DNA from: Bacteroidota bacterium
GTDB lineage: Bacteria; Bacteroidota; Bacteroidia; AKYH767-A; 2013-40CM-41-45
Reading direction: 5' to 3'
Assembly: GCA_003151745.1 (NCBI GenBank)
Contig: PLYJ01000220.1
Span: 86,630 to 150,629, forward strand
DNA: 64,000 bases
Shown one piece after another: positions 28,150 to 37,700 of this stretch (within the stretch, counting starts at the first letter, position 1; each line of letters starts with the position of its first letter). The position numbers were made by a program, and so were the translations under genes. Under the pieces are notes generated by a model. It had not been told where the DNA came from, did no database searches, and saw only the letters and a list, made by a program, of their open reading frames with translations.

Positions 28150-28225
28150 CGTCATTGCGAGGAACGAAGCAATCTCCGTCAGCGTAAAGTATTATTTAGA
28201 GATTGCTTCGTTCCTCGCAATGACG
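28150..28225. repeat. Perfect 27-bp inverted repeat with a 22-nt loop, likely a terminator
   Basis: cgtcattgcgaggaacgaagcaatctc (28150-28176) is the exact reverse complement of 28199-28225. It generates the spurious ORF 28075..28266. Confidence 0.85.
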
Positions 28226-28438
28226 TGGTAAATTATTATTTTTTAAATTCCTTGTCATTGTTTTAATGACGCAATTATCATTTGTCTGAATTACATCTTT
28301 ATCATCTTTCCAACTATTGTATGCCTTCTGAGCCCATTCTACATTTGTGCTGTAAATTTTTTGAATTTATTACAAAAAATAAAAAGGAAGCAATTCAATA
28401 TTCTCATTTCATAAATAAACCTTAAAAACAAGAAAGCC

Positions 28439-28828
28439 ATGGAAACAAAAAAAACAGTACTCGCAGGTATCACAAATACAATATTCCAAAAAGCAATTGT
28501 ATTGATAGTATTATTCAGTTTATCTTTTTTCTCTTTTGGACAACAATTTAAAAAGACTAAACTATTTTCTTTTCAAAATGATTGTGTAGATGAGTTGACA
28601 TCATTTCAATGTGAACAAAATGATAAAGAAGAACTTGTTGTTGTTTGTGATAGGATGGGAGAGGAAAGTTTCTCAAAAGTGATAATTATAAAAAATGCAC
28701 GCAAACGTATTTATGTATTAGATATCTCCGGAAAGTTGAAACCAGGGGTTTATAAACTTGTGGCAACATCAATGAAAATGAAAATGAAAGAAATTAGTTA
28801 TAAGCAGGTAGTTGTAAGAACATTTTAA
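28439..28828 (+). CDS. Small secreted or membrane-anchored protein, paralog 1
   Basis: The N-terminus METKKTVLAGITNTIFQKAIVLIVLFSLSFFSFGQQ parallels that of 29072. The upstream 170 nt is also duplicated. Confidence 0.5.
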   Translation: METKKTVLAGITNTIFQKAIVLIVLFSLSFFSFGQQFKKTKLFSFQNDCVDELTSFQCEQNDKEELVVVCDRMGEESFSKVIIIKNARKRIYVLDISGKLKPGVYKLVATSMKMKMKEISYKQVVVRTF

Positions 28829-29071
28829 ATCAATAATCTTTTGAAAATATTTTTATATCAGGTTTTAATTTTTATCAATAGTTTATGAATGATTTTGGAA
28901 CTTATCGATCCTCTCAGTTGCTTTTTGTCATTGTTTGTATTACACATTTATCATCTTTTCAACTATTGTATGCCTTCTGATGTGAATCTACTTTTGTTAT
29001 GTTAGTTTTTTGAATTTTAATAATAAATAGAAAAAATTATTCCATAGATAAACTTTAAAAACAAAAAAGCC

Positions 29072-29533
29072 ATGAAAACAAAAAAAACAATATTCGCAGG
29101 CATCACAATTACTACATTATTAAGGGAATTTGTTTTGATGATACTATTCAGTTTAGCTCTTTCTGCTTTTGGGCAAAGGATAAAAGAGAATGAGCAAAAT
29201 TCTTTTGGGAATGAGAATGTGGATGAATACGAACTGACTTCATTCAAATGTAAATACAGGGAAGGAAAAATCTATATTATGTGGACTGTATTGGAACCTT
29301 TGGAGGAATGCATCTATAGATTGGAACGATCTGCTGACGACAAAACATACAATACAGTATATGCAATAAAAGGTGCCAGATCTCCAAAAAATATAGAGTT
29401 GTTGAATTCATTTATTGATAAAGAACCTTTGACTGATAAGTCATATTATAGGATCAGACGATTTACGAAAGAAGAATCTATGCTTAGTTCTCCCTTTATT
29501 ATTAATGGATTTACAATGCTGGCTAATCAATAA
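29072..29533 (+). CDS. Small secreted or membrane-anchored protein, paralog 2
   Basis: The N-terminus reads MKTKKTIFAGITITTLLREFVLMILFSLALSAFGQR. The body is Fn3-like (YRLERSADDKTYNTVY…YYRIRRF). Confidence 0.55.
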   Translation: MKTKKTIFAGITITTLLREFVLMILFSLALSAFGQRIKENEQNSFGNENVDEYELTSFKCKYREGKIYIMWTVLEPLEECIYRLERSADDKTYNTVYAIKGARSPKNIELLNSFIDKEPLTDKSYYRIRRFTKEESMLSSPFIINGFTMLANQ

Positions 29534-29568
29534 TCAAAAAGTATTTCAAAAATTTAAAAACTCAACCA

Positions 29569-29937
29569 ATGATTCAATATATATTAATTATCGAGAACAA
29601 TCCGGTACTCCAAAAGCAAGCAGGCTTATTGTTGGAAAAGGAAGGCTTTATTGTAAGGTATGCAGAGGATGTTGAATCGGCTTTGACCATGTTGGTAAAA
29701 ACACGTCCACTTTTAATATTGTTGAGTTTGACTTTTCATAAAATGAATGGATTCACCTTAATAAAAATTCTGAAAAATGATGTCGATACGAGCACAATCA
29801 TTTGTGTTGGTCTTATCGATTTTATGAAAAATAATTTTCAGGATAAAATTATAGATTCAGGATTGGATGGATATATCAGCGTTCCAATTGACGAAACAAC
29901 ATTTGTAAAAGCAATAAAGTCCTATTTGAAAAAATAA
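29569..29937 (+). CDS. Receiver-like domain lacking the phospho-acceptor Asp (pseudo-receiver)
   Basis: REC-like length and pattern, but the acidic pocket DD is IIENNP and the acceptor position reads LILLSLTFHKMNG (D replaced by S). Confidence 0.65.
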   Translation: MIQYILIIENNPVLQKQAGLLLEKEGFIVRYAEDVESALTMLVKTRPLLILLSLTFHKMNGFTLIKILKNDVDTSTIICVGLIDFMKNNFQDKIIDSGLDGYISVPIDETTFVKAIKSYLKK

Positions 29938-29955
29938 TATTTAATACACACGAAC

Positions 29956-30468
29956 ATGGAAACATCAACAATAAAAGTTAACACAGGCAAAGGCAAATTG
30001 TCTAAATTTTTTCGCTTGAAAAATCGCTCATTCAAAGTTATGTTAATCTTTATCATGCTACTTTCTATGACAAATGCAATTGCACAAAATAACGCCAAAA
30101 GCAAATATCGCATAACAGCTTATCAGAAAGGGAAAAATGAGGTAGTTAGTTTATCCAATGAAGTTGAAATAATTCCTGCTGCAACTTTTTATATACCCAG
30201 TGCTTTCACTCCTAATGGTGACGGGCTGAATGAAACTTTTGGCCCTAAAGGTGAAGGAATAACAGAATTTAACATGCAAGTTTTTGATCGTTGGGGCAAT
30301 TTGATCTTTGAATCGAATAATCTAAAAATTCAATGGGATGGCTATCATCACGAAGAAAAGGCACCCACCGGCACTTATGTTTATAAAATAACTGCAAAGG
30401 GTCAAGGTTATAATGGTGGGAGCCAAAAACTGATCAATGAAACAGGCACTGTAACGTTAGTTTTATAG
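29956..30468 (+). CDS. Mini-protein consisting of a signal/TM segment plus a T9SS type B (gliding-motility CHU_C) C-terminal domain
   Basis: The domain reads IPSAFTPNGDGLNETF…FNMQVFDRWGNLIFES…WDGY…GTYVYKI…G.VTLV. Confidence 0.8.
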   Translation: METSTIKVNTGKGKLSKFFRLKNRSFKVMLIFIMLLSMTNAIAQNNAKSKYRITAYQKGKNEVVSLSNEVEIIPAATFYIPSAFTPNGDGLNETFGPKGEGITEFNMQVFDRWGNLIFESNNLKIQWDGYHHEEKAPTGTYVYKITAKGQGYNGGSQKLINETGTVTLVL

Positions 30469-30541
30469 CATCAGTTAGTGAAATTGAGAAAAAGAACAAT
30501 CATAAAAAATCCTTAATAATAAAATTTAATCTTAAAATAAA

Positions 30542-33500
30542 ATGACAAAAAAAATATACAAAAGAATAATAGGAACAGTTCTTTTAAATCTGATTTCAAT
30601 TTTTTCAAATGCGCAAGGTCCGGCAGCATCTTTCAAAACAGATCAAACCATAGGTTCTTCGCCACTTACGATCCAATTTACAAATACATCAGTAAATGCA
30701 TCTTCGTATTATTGGGATTTTGGGAATGGAAATATTTCTGTTTTAACGAATCCTACAAATGTGTATTCCAATACAGGAACTTATATAGTAAAACTCATTG
30801 CCATATCAGCAAATGGTCAAAAGGACTCGGTAATATCAAGCAATTTGATAACAGTTTCAGCGAATGCTATTTCTAATTTTTATGCTGTGAATACGAGTTC
30901 TTGTCTTGATGGAAACAGTTTTTCCTTTGTAAATACAAGTTTAAATTCAACGACTTGCCTTTGGGATTTTGGTGATGGAAATACTTCTACACTTCACAAT
31001 GCAACTCATAGTTATTCATCACAAGGCAATTATACCATCAAACTGATTTCCTATAATAGCTTTGGATACGCAGATTTAAAAATCATGACGAATTACATTC
31101 ATGTGACTCCGAAACCTGCTAATACTTTCACTGTTAATACTACAACCTCCTGTAACTTAAATCAAATTTTTAATTTTACTTCTACTGCTCCTTCTGCCAA
31201 TTCATGGCTTTGGAACTTCGGTGATGGAACTATTTCAACACTTTCAAATCCACAACATTCATATAATAATGCTGGAATATACTCCGTTTCACTGATTACA
31301 AGTAATGGAGGCGGTTGTGTCGACTCACTTATTAAAAATAATTATATTTCAATATCTGATAATCAAATACCTTCATTTACAGCAAGTACAACAAGCGAAT
31401 GTACCCTATTACCAATTTCATTTACAAATACTTCAGATGATACTAAAAGTTGTTTATGGGATTTCGGTGACAGTGGTACTTCTACGCTACAAAATCCTTC
31501 TCATATTTATAAAAATAGCGGCAATTATAATATCAGTTTAACAGTAACTACTAACAGCAATTGTACTTATACAACCACCTTAAAGAATAAAATAAGCATA
31601 CAGAATAATGCTGTTTCAAATTTTTCTTTAAATAACAAAACCGGATGCGCTCCTTTAAATGTTCAATTTACTAATTTGTCGAAAAATGATTCAAGCCGGC
31701 TATGGGAATTTGGTGATGGAACTACTTCAACACTTCAAAACCCATCGCACATTTATACTGAAAATGATAAGTATACAGTTATATTGCATTCATACAGTGC
31801 TTCTGGGTGTTCATCTGTTTATACGCAAACAAATGCGGTTATAATTTCGCCACCTGTTGCTGATTTTAGTGCCAATATTGGGTCGAGCTGTGGCCCAATA
31901 AAAGCTAGTTTCAAAAACTCTTCTACCAATTCGGATCAGTGGTTATGGAATTTTGGTGATAGTACAACTTCTACTCTTAAAAACCCTGTCCATACTTATA
32001 ATTCTGCCGGTGATTATGATGTTACTTTGATTGCTTATGATGTACAAGGTTGTAGTGATACACTAACGCGTAATTCATTTGTTGAAGTAAATAATTCTGT
32101 TGACAATTATGTGCCACCGCCAACAATTACCGGTTGTGTTCCTTTGAATGTTTCATTTGAAAAGGCAACACAAGGTGCTATTTCGTGGCTGTGGGATTTT
32201 GGTGATGGTACTACATCCAAATTAAAAAATCCATCGCACACATTTATTACAAGTGGCTCTTTTACGGTTTCCTTAACAATACAATTGAATAGTGGATGTA
32301 CTCAGGTTTACCCGAAGTTCGAAACATTTGAAGTGCAAGGAGGTTCGGCTGAATTTACATTTACCCGAACAGCATGCTCTCCTTATGTTGTAAATTTCAA
32401 GGATAGTACAAATGCTAAAGCGACTTCTTGGTTTTGGGATTTCGGAGATAATTCCACTTCTATACTTCAAAACCCAACACACACCTATCCTACAACAGAA
32501 TTTTATACTGTTATTCATAAAACTATAACACCTATAGGTTGTAAAAGCGAAATAATTCAAAGCAACTTAATCCATTTTACAGCTTGCGCTCCACCTGCTA
32601 TTTCAAGTACTCCTCCTCCCCCGTTTTTAAAAGGAGGTAGTTCGCCTGTCAATATTATACAGAACGGCGTGATAACTGGTGCTATTCACCCATTAAGTGG
32701 CTGCATCCCTCTATTAGTCAACTTTCACAATATTATACCAAACACAATATCATGGTTTTGGAATTTTGGAGATGGGACGACAAGCACCTTGGAAAATCCT
32801 ATACATAGTTATATTAAGGATGGGAATTTTGATGTAATGATGATTGCGAAAAATGCTATTGGAAAAAGAGATACAATAATTTATTCCAAATACATACACG
32901 CCTCCGGTGTTACAACTAATTTCAGTTTTACTCAAAATAGCAATTGTGTGAATACTACATTGGCATTCACTGATTCATCAAAAAATGCAATCTCGTGGTT
33001 ATGGAATTTTGGTGATGGAGCAACCGACACACTAAAAAACCCGACTCATGTTTATTCAGGTTCAGGGAAAAATTACACGATACAATTAACAACATCTAAT
33101 GCGGATGGATGTTTAGCTTCTATGTCAAGTAATTTTTCTAATGTTCTTGATAATCCTGTTGTAAAGGCAAATAAATATGTGGTGTGTAACAATCAATCTG
33201 TAAATTTTACTTGCTCTTCCTCAAATTCGGGATCTTACCAATGGGATTTCGGTGATGGTACAACTTCAACGCTTAAAAATCCAAGTCATATATACCTGAC
33301 CGATGGTAGTTTTCAGGTTATCTTAAAACTCACTAATAGTAATGGTTGTACTCGTAATTTTTCTTTACCACATCCAATAGTTTCACAGAATCCTATTGCC
33401 GATTTCACATCCATATTAAAAAGCGGATGCAATTCAACAGCTGTGAATTTTTCAAATTTATCCATAGGAAGTGCTCTTCCACTTTCGTCCCATAGCAGAT

Positions 33501-36124
33501 GGGATTTCGGGGATGCATCTCCAACACAATGGATAGAAAATCCAATGCATACTTATACTCAACCGGGAACATATCATGTTAAACTTTTAGTTAATAATGA
33601 TAAAAAATGCATAAATAACACTATGAAAATAGTTAATGTATATCCAACAACTGTTGCTGATTTTTCAAGTTCACAAAATACTACTTGCTTTCCGATCACA
33701 GTAACATATAACGATTCAAGCACTAAAGCTGTTTCTTGGTTATGGGATTTTGGTGATGGCACTACTTCTATTTTACAAAATCCTATTCACATATTTACTG
33801 TATCACCTACATCTGGTGTAAAACTTATAATCACTGATGCTAACGGTTGTCAAGCTAATATAACAAAACCGAACATTTCTATTTTTAACACTGATTTTTC
33901 CATATCTAAAACAAAAGGTTGTGCTCCAATGAATGTAACCTTTTCCGACCTATCTATAAATGCGAGTGAGTGGCTGTGGAATTTTGGTGATGGAACTATT
34001 TCAACAATCCAAAACCCAAGTCATATTTACTTGAACGAAGGAATTTATCCGATAATTTTAATCTCTAAAACCGTCACCGGCTGTTTGGATACAATGACCT
34101 TTAATTCTCTCAATCTAAACAAGCCGACGGCAAATTTTATATCTAAAAATCCAACGAACTGTTCACCCACAGTTGTTTCATTCACAGATCTGTCAACAGA
34201 AGCTACTTCGTGGCTATGGGATTTTGGAGATGGTAGCTCTTCTGTAAATCAACACCCGGCACATATTTATAATATCCCCGGATTATATACTATAAAATTA
34301 ATTGTCAAAAATAGCGAAGGTTGCACCGATACTTTAACCCGTATTGATTATATTAAAGTACCGGGGACTATAGCTAATTTCGGTACTTCAGCACAACAAT
34401 TTTGCGCACAATCAGTCATTCAATTTACTGATTCTTCCATCAATGCATCAAGTTGGAATTGGAATTTTGGAGATGGTAATTCATCTTCACTACAACACCC
34501 CGCTAACCACTATCAAAATCCGGGACAATATTCCGTTTCACTTATTGTGCGTGATTCATTCGGATGTACATCAAGTTTCACTTTAGCAAATCCTATTATA
34601 GTAAATCCTTTGCCTACTTCAAATTTCACCATTTCAGATACAGTATTTTGTTCACCTTTTTCTGTGTCTTTTTACAATCATTCACAAAATAGTTTCACTT
34701 ATTTATGGGATTTCGGAGATGGCGATACTTCAACTTTATATAATCCTTCCCATACATATTTGAACTCAGGAACATACACTGCTTCTTTGATTGCTACAAA
34801 TGAATTTGGATGTTCCGACACGAGCAGATATCATTCTATTACTGCAAACAAGGTTCCTGTTATTGATTTTACAGCAAATGTAACAGAAGGATGTTCCGAA
34901 ATGAGTATTTCTTTTATTGATGCATCCAGTTCTATTTCCAATGGAAATTATTTTTGGGACTTCGGTAATGGTAAAACCTCAATAAAACAGAACGATAGTA
35001 CTACATTCATTAATCCTGGTAATTACACTGTTTCTTTAATAGTTTCAGATAATAAGGGATGTAGAGATACAGCTATAAAATCTTCATTTATAGAAATCGC
35101 TGATTTTAATCCTCCGGCTGAATCAAACATATTGTGTGCTACAGTAATATCGGATAACACTACCTATCTGATATGGGAACCCAGCAATGCAAGCGATTTT
35201 GCATATTATAAAATTTACAGAAAAGATATTCTGACAGGAGATTATTTTTCTATCGGAATAATAAATGATATTTCTATTGTGAGCATTTCTGATACGAATT
35301 TGAATACACTGGCTAATTCATATTGCTATAAGGTTCGAACTTTCGACAAGTGTGGTTATGCGCTTCCTTTAGATAGTTTGCTGGAGCATTGTACTATCAA
35401 TATAACTGCCAAGGGCGTGAATGATCATATTAAAGTAAGTTGGACTCCATATGTTGGGGCAAGTCTGGGAACTTATTCAATTTATCGAATGGAAACAGCT
35501 GAAGCCACTCCTGAATTGATCGCCATAGTTCCTTCTAATGTTTTAACCGTTATAGATACTACAATGTATTGTCCCACTGATTTTTCATATCGCATTAAAG
35601 CAAATAAACTTAATGGAAATTTTATTTGTTCGAACAGTGATACTTCTATTGCAAAACCGGTTTTTAATATTTTGTCTCAACAAAAAGTTGAAATTGTAAG
35701 ATCGACAGTAATTAACAATAGTGGGATTTTAACAGAATGGAACACACCAGCTATTGCGCCCAAAGCGGTTACAGAATATAGCATTTACAGATCAACTGAT
35801 AATATAAATTTTTCTTTTTTAACAACTGTTACTTCTTTGGTACATGAATATATCGACAATGATGTAGATGTAAATGCAAAAAATTATTACTATAAAATTG
35901 AAGCAAAAAACTCATGTGGTATTGTCACTTTGGGCAGCAATAAAAGCTCATCTATACTTTTAAAGGCGGAGTTAATCAATGGTGATGTTATGTTAAATTG
36001 GACAAAATATGAAGAGTGGAATACCGGTGTGGATCATTTTATAATTGAAAAAATGAACGAACAAGAAGAATGGAAAATTGTTAAAACCGTTGATGGAAAC
36101 CAATTGATTTCCGAAGTTGAATAA
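30542..36124 (+). CDS. Giant secreted PKD-repeat protein (18 PKD units) with Fn3-like C-terminal repeats and no sorting domain at its end
   Basis: Has a signal peptide. I counted 18 occurrences of the W(D/N/E)FG(D/N)G…S.L.NP.H.Y core. The C-terminal repeats read YYKIYRK…YCYKVRTFDKCG. The ORF stops inside the last such repeat. Confidence 0.9.
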   Translation: MTKKIYKRIIGTVLLNLISIFSNAQGPAASFKTDQTIGSSPLTIQFTNTSVNASSYYWDFGNGNISVLTNPTNVYSNTGTYIVKLIAISANGQKDSVISSNLITVSANAISNFYAVNTSSCLDGNSFSFVNTSLNSTTCLWDFGDGNTSTLHNATHSYSSQGNYTIKLISYNSFGYADLKIMTNYIHVTPKPANTFTVNTTTSCNLNQIFNFTSTAPSANSWLWNFGDGTISTLSNPQHSYNNAGIYSVSLITSNGGGCVDSLIKNNYISISDNQIPSFTASTTSECTLLPISFTNTSDDTKSCLWDFGDSGTSTLQNPSHIYKNSGNYNISLTVTTNSNCTYTTTLKNKISIQNNAVSNFSLNNKTGCAPLNVQFTNLSKNDSSRLWEFGDGTTSTLQNPSHIYTENDKYTVILHSYSASGCSSVYTQTNAVIISPPVADFSANIGSSCGPIKASFKNSSTNSDQWLWNFGDSTTSTLKNPVHTYNSAGDYDVTLIAYDVQGCSDTLTRNSFVEVNNSVDNYVPPPTITGCVPLNVSFEKATQGAISWLWDFGDGTTSKLKNPSHTFITSGSFTVSLTIQLNSGCTQVYPKFETFEVQGGSAEFTFTRTACSPYVVNFKDSTNAKATSWFWDFGDNSTSILQNPTHTYPTTEFYTVIHKTITPIGCKSEIIQSNLIHFTACAPPAISSTPPPPFLKGGSSPVNIIQNGVITGAIHPLSGCIPLLVNFHNIIPNTISWFWNFGDGTTSTLENPIHSYIKDGNFDVMMIAKNAIGKRDTIIYSKYIHASGVTTNFSFTQNSNCVNTTLAFTDSSKNAISWLWNFGDGATDTLKNPTHVYSGSGKNYTIQLTTSNADGCLASMSSNFSNVLDNPVVKANKYVVCNNQSVNFTCSSSNSGSYQWDFGDGTTSTLKNPSHIYLTDGSFQVILKLTNSNGCTRNFSLPHPIVSQNPIADFTSILKSGCNSTAVNFSNLSIGSALPLSSHSRWDFGDASPTQWIENPMHTYTQPGTYHVKLLVNNDKKCINNTMKIVNVYPTTVADFSSSQNTTCFPITVTYNDSSTKAVSWLWDFGDGTTSILQNPIHIFTVSPTSGVKLIITDANGCQANITKPNISIFNTDFSISKTKGCAPMNVTFSDLSINASEWLWNFGDGTISTIQNPSHIYLNEGIYPIILISKTVTGCLDTMTFNSLNLNKPTANFISKNPTNCSPTVVSFTDLSTEATSWLWDFGDGSSSVNQHPAHIYNIPGLYTIKLIVKNSEGCTDTLTRIDYIKVPGTIANFGTSAQQFCAQSVIQFTDSSINASSWNWNFGDGNSSSLQHPANHYQNPGQYSVSLIVRDSFGCTSSFTLANPIIVNPLPTSNFTISDTVFCSPFSVSFYNHSQNSFTYLWDFGDGDTSTLYNPSHTYLNSGTYTASLIATNEFGCSDTSRYHSITANKVPVIDFTANVTEGCSEMSISFIDASSSISNGNYFWDFGNGKTSIKQNDSTTFINPGNYTVSLIVSDNKGCRDTAIKSSFIEIADFNPPAESNILCATVISDNTTYLIWEPSNASDFAYYKIYRKDILTGDYFSIGIINDISIVSISDTNLNTLANSYCYKVRTFDKCGYALPLDSLLEHCTINITAKGVNDHIKVSWTPYVGASLGTYSIYRMETAEATPELIAIVPSNVLTVIDTTMYCPTDFSYRIKANKLNGNFICSNSDTSIAKPVFNILSQQKVEIVRSTVINNSGILTEWNTPAIAPKAVTEYSIYRSTDNINFSFLTTVTSLVHEYIDNDVDVNAKNYYYKIEAKNSCGIVTLGSNKSSSILLKAELINGDVMLNWTKYEEWNTGVDHFIIEKMNEQEEWKIVKTVDGNQLISEVE

Positions 36125-36289
36125 TTGCTTATAAGATCTTATTTGGTGATTGCAAAAATGATTTGAGTTTTCAAATAAATTTTTTGTTAACATCTGGTTT
36201 GAGTTTATTTATTATTCTATAAATTGCAGTTCATTTGATTGCCAATATTAAGTTTAATAATTTATTGAACCCACAAAAAAATAAAAATC

Positions 36290-37150
36290 ATGACCAACGC
36301 CATCGCCCACGAATACATTGAAGTAAATGGCATTAAACTGCACATTGCCAAACAAGGTACCGGAGAAAAATTAGTTGTTCTCCTTCATGGTTGGCCCGAA
36401 TTCTGGTATACCTGGCGATTGCAGATCCCTGTGTTGGCTGAAAAATATACTGTGGTTGCACCCGATCTAAGAGGATTTAATTTAAGTGATAAACCAAAAG
36501 GGATCAAAAATTATAAATTGGATGTTGTAGCAAGTGATATTGCTGAACTCATTCCAAAATTAGGTTTTAAAAAAGCCTACATTGTTGGTCATGATTTTGG
36601 TGGCGCCACGGCTTGGGCGTTTGCTGCCTTGTATCCCGAACTAACAGAAAAACTTGTTATATTAAACTGTCCGCATCCTAAAGAAATGTTCATTGGTATG
36701 AAAACCCTGAAACAAATGCGGAAGAGTTGGTACATTTTTATGCACCAAATACCTTTCTTACCAGAATTATTGTACAAACTATCGTTGCCCTGGTTTTTCA
36801 AAACATTTTTAAGAGGATGGATGTACAACAAAAAGAATTTTACCGATGAAGACCTAAATGCCTTTGTTACCGCCTATAAACAAAAAGGCGCGATGACAGG
36901 CTCTTTAAATTATTACAGGGCAATGATTCAATGTAAACCAAATAAAAATGTATTCAGGAATAAAATTAAGGCTCCTACGCTATTGTTGTGGGGAGAAGGT
37001 GATAAAGCGCTCGGGAAGGAATTAAGCTATAATACCGGAAAATATATTGATGCATCGTATGAAGTGAAATACATTCCTAAGTGTTCACATTGGATACAAA
37101 ACGATTGTCCGAAAGAAGTGAATGAATATTTGTTAGGTTTTCTTGATTAA
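36290..37150 (+). CDS. Alpha/beta hydrolase, epoxide-hydrolase/haloalkane-dehalogenase-like
   Basis: Has the HGWPEFWYTWR oxyanion motif (HGxP), the GHDFGG motif (Asp nucleophile) and a C-terminal CSHWIQ (His). Confidence 0.88.
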   Translation: MTNAIAHEYIEVNGIKLHIAKQGTGEKLVVLLHGWPEFWYTWRLQIPVLAEKYTVVAPDLRGFNLSDKPKGIKNYKLDVVASDIAELIPKLGFKKAYIVGHDFGGATAWAFAALYPELTEKLVILNCPHPKEMFIGMKTLKQMRKSWYIFMHQIPFLPELLYKLSLPWFFKTFLRGWMYNKKNFTDEDLNAFVTAYKQKGAMTGSLNYYRAMIQCKPNKNVFRNKIKAPTLLLWGEGDKALGKELSYNTGKYIDASYEVKYIPKCSHWIQNDCPKEVNEYLLGFLD

Positions 37151-37177
37151 ACCTACCTTTGCAGAATAATAATATTT

Positions 37178-37319
37178 GGTTTCGTAGTTCAACGCCCGCC
37201 CGAACGTACCTTTTCGATACGGGCGGGGATACCCGCCCGAACGACTGACGTCTTTCAGTCGGGCGGGGAATATGAAGTTTCCTAAACTTTTGATCCCAGT
37301 TCATTTCTGGGCGAGACCA
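37178..37319 (+). pseudogene. Decayed second copy of tRNA-Arg(CCU) with two 36-nt GC-rich hairpin inserts in the D-loop
   Basis: The structure is ggtttcgtagttcaa[37193-37228]ata[37232-37267]gaatatgaagtttCCTaaacttt…cccagttcatttctgggcgagacca. There is a 1-nt insertion before the anticodon stem. The T-loop is ttcattt instead of ttcgatt, and there is no CCA. The upstream flank is shared with 14645-14669. Confidence 0.8.
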
Positions 37320-37700
37320 CTTTTAAACCTAAATAGCTTGATCCTATTGATGTTTGGAAACAAAATTTATCATTTACAATCTTGTTTTTGCTCTTCTTAC
37401 AACTCAAATAATAATCAAACGTGTCATCATTATACACTCGCAAGATCCACCAACATCTGCCGGACTTTAAATAACTAACCATTACCAAATTATCATCAAT
37501 AGGGTCTTTCATAGAAATAGTTTTTGTTTTATATATCTATGGAAAATAACAGAAAGAATTGTTTGAATTGTATAAAAGATTGTCAATCGACCACTCCTAT
37601 TGTGCTTTAGGAGTGTTTTCGTGTATTGGAAGTGTAGTATTTGAGTTGAAAATAAATGAAACTCCTGATTGCACCTGAATGGATTTAATAATAAAAACTA

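Noticed and set aside
28075-28266. The track lists a 63-aa ORF (…CCRHCEERSNLRQ…CFVPRNDV…).
   Set aside because: It is the read-through translation of the perfect 27-bp inverted repeat at 28150-28225. The same applies to 14430..14615 over the 14547-14596 palindrome.
37077-37512. The track lists three overlapping ORFs (37077..37304, 37272..37478, 37282..37512) around the decayed tRNA.
   Set aside because: They run through the tRNA relic and the GC-rich hairpins, overlap each other in different frames, and have no protein-like features. At most, the first 55 or so codons of 37282..37512 could be a real small gene, but I cannot support that.
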